Positions 60,301-64,000 of a DNA stretch of 64,000 bases are shown one piece after another. The notes under the pieces are model-generated. The model was not told the DNA's origin. It searched no databases and saw only the letters and a program-made list of their open reading frames with translations. Origin of the DNA: Centroscyllium fabricii (lineage: Eukaryota). The stretch lies in assembly GCA_051313645.2 (NCBI GenBank), contig JBNRSN020000002.1, forward strand, positions 396,552,001 through 396,616,000, in the 5' to 3' direction. The translations under genes were made by a program, and so were the position numbers. Position 1 is the first letter of the stretch, and each line of letters opens with the position of its first letter.

Positions 60301-62186
60301 AGGGTGTACAATTAAAAATTACGGTACACACAACCCTTGACTGTGAGCATGACGGAGCAGTAGCCGGTGACGTCCGCGGTGTGGGACTGTGAAGCAAGGG
60401 AGACTTGGTAGTTCGTGGGCAGGATCTGCAGTCCGCAGCGCTGCACTGTATCGGGGTGCACAAAACTCTCCGTGCTTCCAGTGTCAAATAGGCAATCGAT
60501 AATATGGCCGTTTATTTTAATTGGCATTATCGAATTCGACAGTGTGTGGCCTATCCTGGTCCACTCTGGGTATGGCTGAGGCCGACGTGTACTTTTGTGT
60601 GTGGGGGCCCCCTGCTGGTTGGGGCTGTACACAAAATGGCGGCGCTCCTGGCTCGCACATGGTGGGGCCCTGGAGACAAAATGGCGGCGCCCCTGGCTCG
60701 CACATGGCGGGCCGCTGGGGACAAGATGGCGGCGCCGGGGGGTCGCACATGGTGGGCCGCTGGAGTCGAGATGGCAGCGCCCGTGGTTCGCACGCGGCTG
60801 ACCGCTGTGAGCGCGCTGGTGGCGCCCGTGGTTCGCACGCAGCGGGCCGCGGTGACTGGGTTGGCGGTGCCCGTGGTTCGCACGCAGCGAGCCGCGGTGG
60901 TTGGGTTGGCAGTGCCCGTGATTCGCACGCAGCCGGCCGCGTTGGGTCTGCTGCTGGCGTTGGGGGGTTGCGCTTGGCCGGCCTTTGCTGCATCGGGGTG
61001 GGAGATGGGGGCGCTTTCCTTCTACCCCCGGACCGTCGCTGGATCGCGCTGCTATTGCAGCTTACCTGAGGTCTGTCGGAGCTTTCACAGGCTGCGCTGT
61101 TGTACCTGGAGTTGGGCGCTGCTGGTGCTGATCTGCAGGCCATTGCATAGTCTCCCTTTTTGGAGCACCTCTCACAGGTCGCGGTCCTTGCTGGGCATCT
61201 CGCTCGCGGGTGCAGTCCCTGGCCGCAGAAATAGCACCGTTTGTCCTTTGCGGCTGTCGCAGCCATCGTGGGGGTCTCGACCCGTTGTGGTGCTGCCCAG
61301 GCCTGGGCCCGTTGTGGCGCGGCCCACATGTCGTAGGCCTGCGGGTTTGTGCCGCTGTACGCCTGCAGTTTATTGCGTGCTCCTTCAACGGAGTTAGCTA
61401 TGGCGATCGCCTCTTCAAGAGTCAGAGTCTTTTTCGAGCAGCCGCTGGCGGGCTTCCACGCACCTCAGGCCAGTTACATACGCGTCTCGGACGAGGAGGT
61501 TCGCCTCCTCTTCTGCTGTCCGGGCTTGGCAGCCACAGACCCGTACCAGGGCCTGGAGCGCTTGCTCAAACTGTTCATTGGTCTCACCCGGTAGTTGTGG
61601 TCTGGTCGCGAGCACATGTTTGGCGTAGACCGAATGGACCGGGCGCTCGTAGCATTTCCTCAGCTTTTCCACTGCCCCTGGGTAGGTTTTGGCATCTCGG
61701 ATGAGGGAGAATACTCGGCTGGAGATCCTAGACCGGAGAACCTGTAACTTGTTCCCGTCGGTTGTAGCCTTGGCGGCGTCCATGTAGGCCTCCAGGAGAC
61801 CGAACCAGTGTTCGAACGTGGTGGCGGCGGCTGGGTCCTGTGGACTGATATCCAGCTTTTCTGGCTTTACCGCACCGCTCTCCATCTTAAAATTTCTAAG
61901 TTAATAAAATTGACGTAACGTCAATTGGTCTTAATAAAAGACTGGACGAATAGTTACCGTAACTAAAGGCTTTTATTAACTTACTATAGAGCTACCCTCC
62001 GAACGAACATCAGAACAGAATGAGGGAGCCTCGGTCAGTCCTCACCTATAAAGGCCTCACCTGGGGGAGGAGTTAGAGGTGTGGCTGACCTGGCTCCACG
62101 GCAGTATTACAGGGCTGTGTATCACACACAGCCAATTGTTGGCAACAATAATACAGTGGTAAATATATACAATATGGGTTACCACA
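57362..62186 (-). mobile_element. Full-length Ty3/gypsy LTR retrotransposon (gag-PR-RT-RH-IN), frameshifted
   Basis: LTRs 57362-57634 and 61911-62186 (3 substitutions and one 3-bp indel by eye); 5-bp TSD AGTTG; PPT AAGAAGGGGTGAA; gag ATG at 61885; zinc knuckles; LFDTGS protease; pol ORF 60064-58112. Confidence 0.96.
60625..60940 (-). repeat. 45-bp (15-aa) coding tandem repeat, 7 copies, between the gag knuckles and protease
   Basis: TCGCAC recurs every 45 nt from 60653 to 60923; translation AACEPRAPPTQSPRP-like. Confidence 0.9.
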
Positions 62187-63169
62187 AGTTGTACAGGGCC
62201 TTGGTGAGACCGCACCACGAGTATTGTGTACAATTTTGGTCGCCTTATCTGAGGAAGGATGTTCTTGCCATGGAAGGAATGCAGCAAAGATTCACCAGAC
62301 TGATAGCTGGGATGGCAGGAATGACGTGCAAGAAGAGATTGGGTCGATTGGGCTTATACTCACTGGAGTTTAGAAGATTGAGAAAGGATCTCATCGAAAC
62401 CTATAAAATCCTGTCTGGTCTGGACAGACTAGATGCAGGAAGGATGTTCCCAATGGCCAGGGAGTCCAGAACCAGGGGTCACAGTCTAAGGATAAAGGGT
62501 AAGCCATTTAGGACAGAGATGAGGAGGAATTTCTTCACCCAGAGAGTGTTGAACCTGTGGAATTCTCTACCACAGAGGGCGGTGGAGGCTAGTTCATTGA
62601 ATATATTCAAGAAGGAGTTGAATATATTCAAGAAGGAGTTGGATATATTCCTTAAGGCTAAAGGGATTTGGGGAGAAAGCAGGGACAGGGTACTGAGTTT
62701 GGATGATCAGCCATGATCTCATTGAATGGCAGAGCAGGCTCGAGGGGCAAATGGCCTACTCCTGCTCCTATCGCCTATGCTACTATTAGGCAAGGGCATG
62801 ACTAATGTTTACTCTCTGATGGTCAAATAGCCTGCTAGCATTTGCTGTCTGGCTCACAAAAGAAGAATAACCATTTGGGTGAGCTACAAGATGGCTGCCG
62901 GTGCCCATGGAACACTACCAAAGGTAAATCAATACCTTCAGTAGAGAAAGGAGAGGGGGTGGATTTAAGAGGATGCCACAGACATGTCGACATAGGATTG
63001 TATCTTTGATTTCCTCACAGTGACATTTTCAAACTCCATTGTGCCATTACAGGGAGAGACCAAGTGGAACCTGGGTGCTTCATCAACGGCAAGATCAGAT
63101 GGTCTGTCAGTGAAGAAACTAACGTTGTCCATTTCATTTTCCAGTACTGCTAACTGAAATATTGACTCT

Positions 63170-64000
63170 TGTATGGTTAGGCCTCAGCTGGAGTATTGTG
63201 GAGAATTCTTAGCACTACACTTAAGCAAGACACAAGGGCTTGGAAAGCATACAGAGGAGGTTTACCAGGGATGAGGGACTTCAGTTATGTGGAGCGATTG
63301 GAGAAACTAGTATTGTTCTCCTTGGAGGAGAGAAGGTTAAGGGGAAACCTAATAAAGGTTGAGCACCAGTAATCCGGCACTCTCGGGACCAGGCTGGTGC
63401 CGGACCATTGAAAATTCGGAACCACTGAAGGTTTGGGGGTAGAACACTCCCCGGGGCCCGGAGCGCGCGGGTAGAACACTCCCCGGGAGGGAGCCCGGGG
63501 ATAGAACACTAAAAAGCAGAAACCCAAACGCCCGACGCCTTCAGCGCTCACCCACCCTTCGCGGGAAACGGTGGCGCCGCCGAGCAGCTGCTCCGCAAAC
63601 TGAAGACCGCCGGTTTCGATTCGTGCCGAACCACTGAAGGACCATCGGGTGCCGGATTACCGGTGCTCAACCTGGAGTGTATTCAAAATTATGAGGGGTT
63701 TTGACAGAGCAACTAGGGAGAAACTGGTTCCTTTGGCAAGTGGGTCGGTAACCAGAGGTCATAGATTTAAAATAATTGGCAAAAGAACTTGAGGGGAAAT
63801 GAGAAATTATTTCACATACAGGGTTGATGATGATCTGGAACGCACTACCTGAAAGGGTGATGGAATTGGATTCGATGGGAAATTTCAAAAGGCAATTGGA
63901 TATTTATTTGAAGAGAAATAATTTGCAGGGTTCTGAGGGAAAAGCTGGGTTTGTGAGACAAAATTGGACAGTTTTTTCAAAGAGTTAGCACAGGTATGAC
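63170..64000 (+). mobile_element. Old CR1 3' fragment
   Basis: RPQLEYC...ERLEKL.LFSLEERRLRG...WNALP remnants. Confidence 0.75.
63355..63674. mobile_element. Tc1/mariner-pogo-type MITE with TIRs related to 31385-32441
   Basis: AGGTTGAGCACCAGTAATCCGGCAC ... GTGCCGGATTACCGGTGCTCAACCTG. Confidence 0.8.

Larger units (their letters stand above)
57117..62780 (+). mobile_element. CR1 3' fragment split by the gypsy element
   Basis: KCEVIHFG...LLQL|YRALVRPH...FFTQRVLNLWNSLP; tail at ~62700-62780. Confidence 0.88.

Noticed and set aside
60504-61704. Long plus-strand ORFs (297, 182 and 164 aa)
   Set aside because: Antisense shadows of the GC-rich repetitive gypsy gag region.

Overview
Eukaryotic genomic DNA, very likely from a cartilaginous fish (shark); the repeat content (HE1-like V-SINEs, CR1/HER1-like LINEs, a SacSINE1-like Deu-SINE) points that way. 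The only host gene is SETD7 (SET7/9 lysine methyltransferase, + strand). Coding exons 3-8 lie at 12300-12501, 27568-27757, 36254-36335, 50570-50687, 50784-50941 and 54096-54276, followed by a probable ~2.5-kb 3' UTR; exons 1-2 were not found and are presumably upstream. Most of the rest is nested transposable elements: several CR1 families (one near full length with a 243-bp tandem-monomer 5' end), Rex1/Babar LINEs, a Neptune-type Penelope element with minimal hammerhead ribozymes, three Ty3/gypsy LTR elements, nine V-SINEs, older SINEs and MITEs. The most striking unexplained signals are: (1) a structured insert in a young CR1 3' UTR (13824-13941) that folds like a double ENE (poly(A)-capturing triple-helix element); (2) an L1-like monomer array on a CR1; (3) a gypsy element with no tRNA primer site, a leader complementary to its own LTR poly(A) signal and a YLDN RT motif; (4) fold-back hairpins in the SETD7 3' UTR. 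Family names come from recall of consensus motifs, not database searches, and repeat boundaries are approximate unless a TSD or TIR is quoted.
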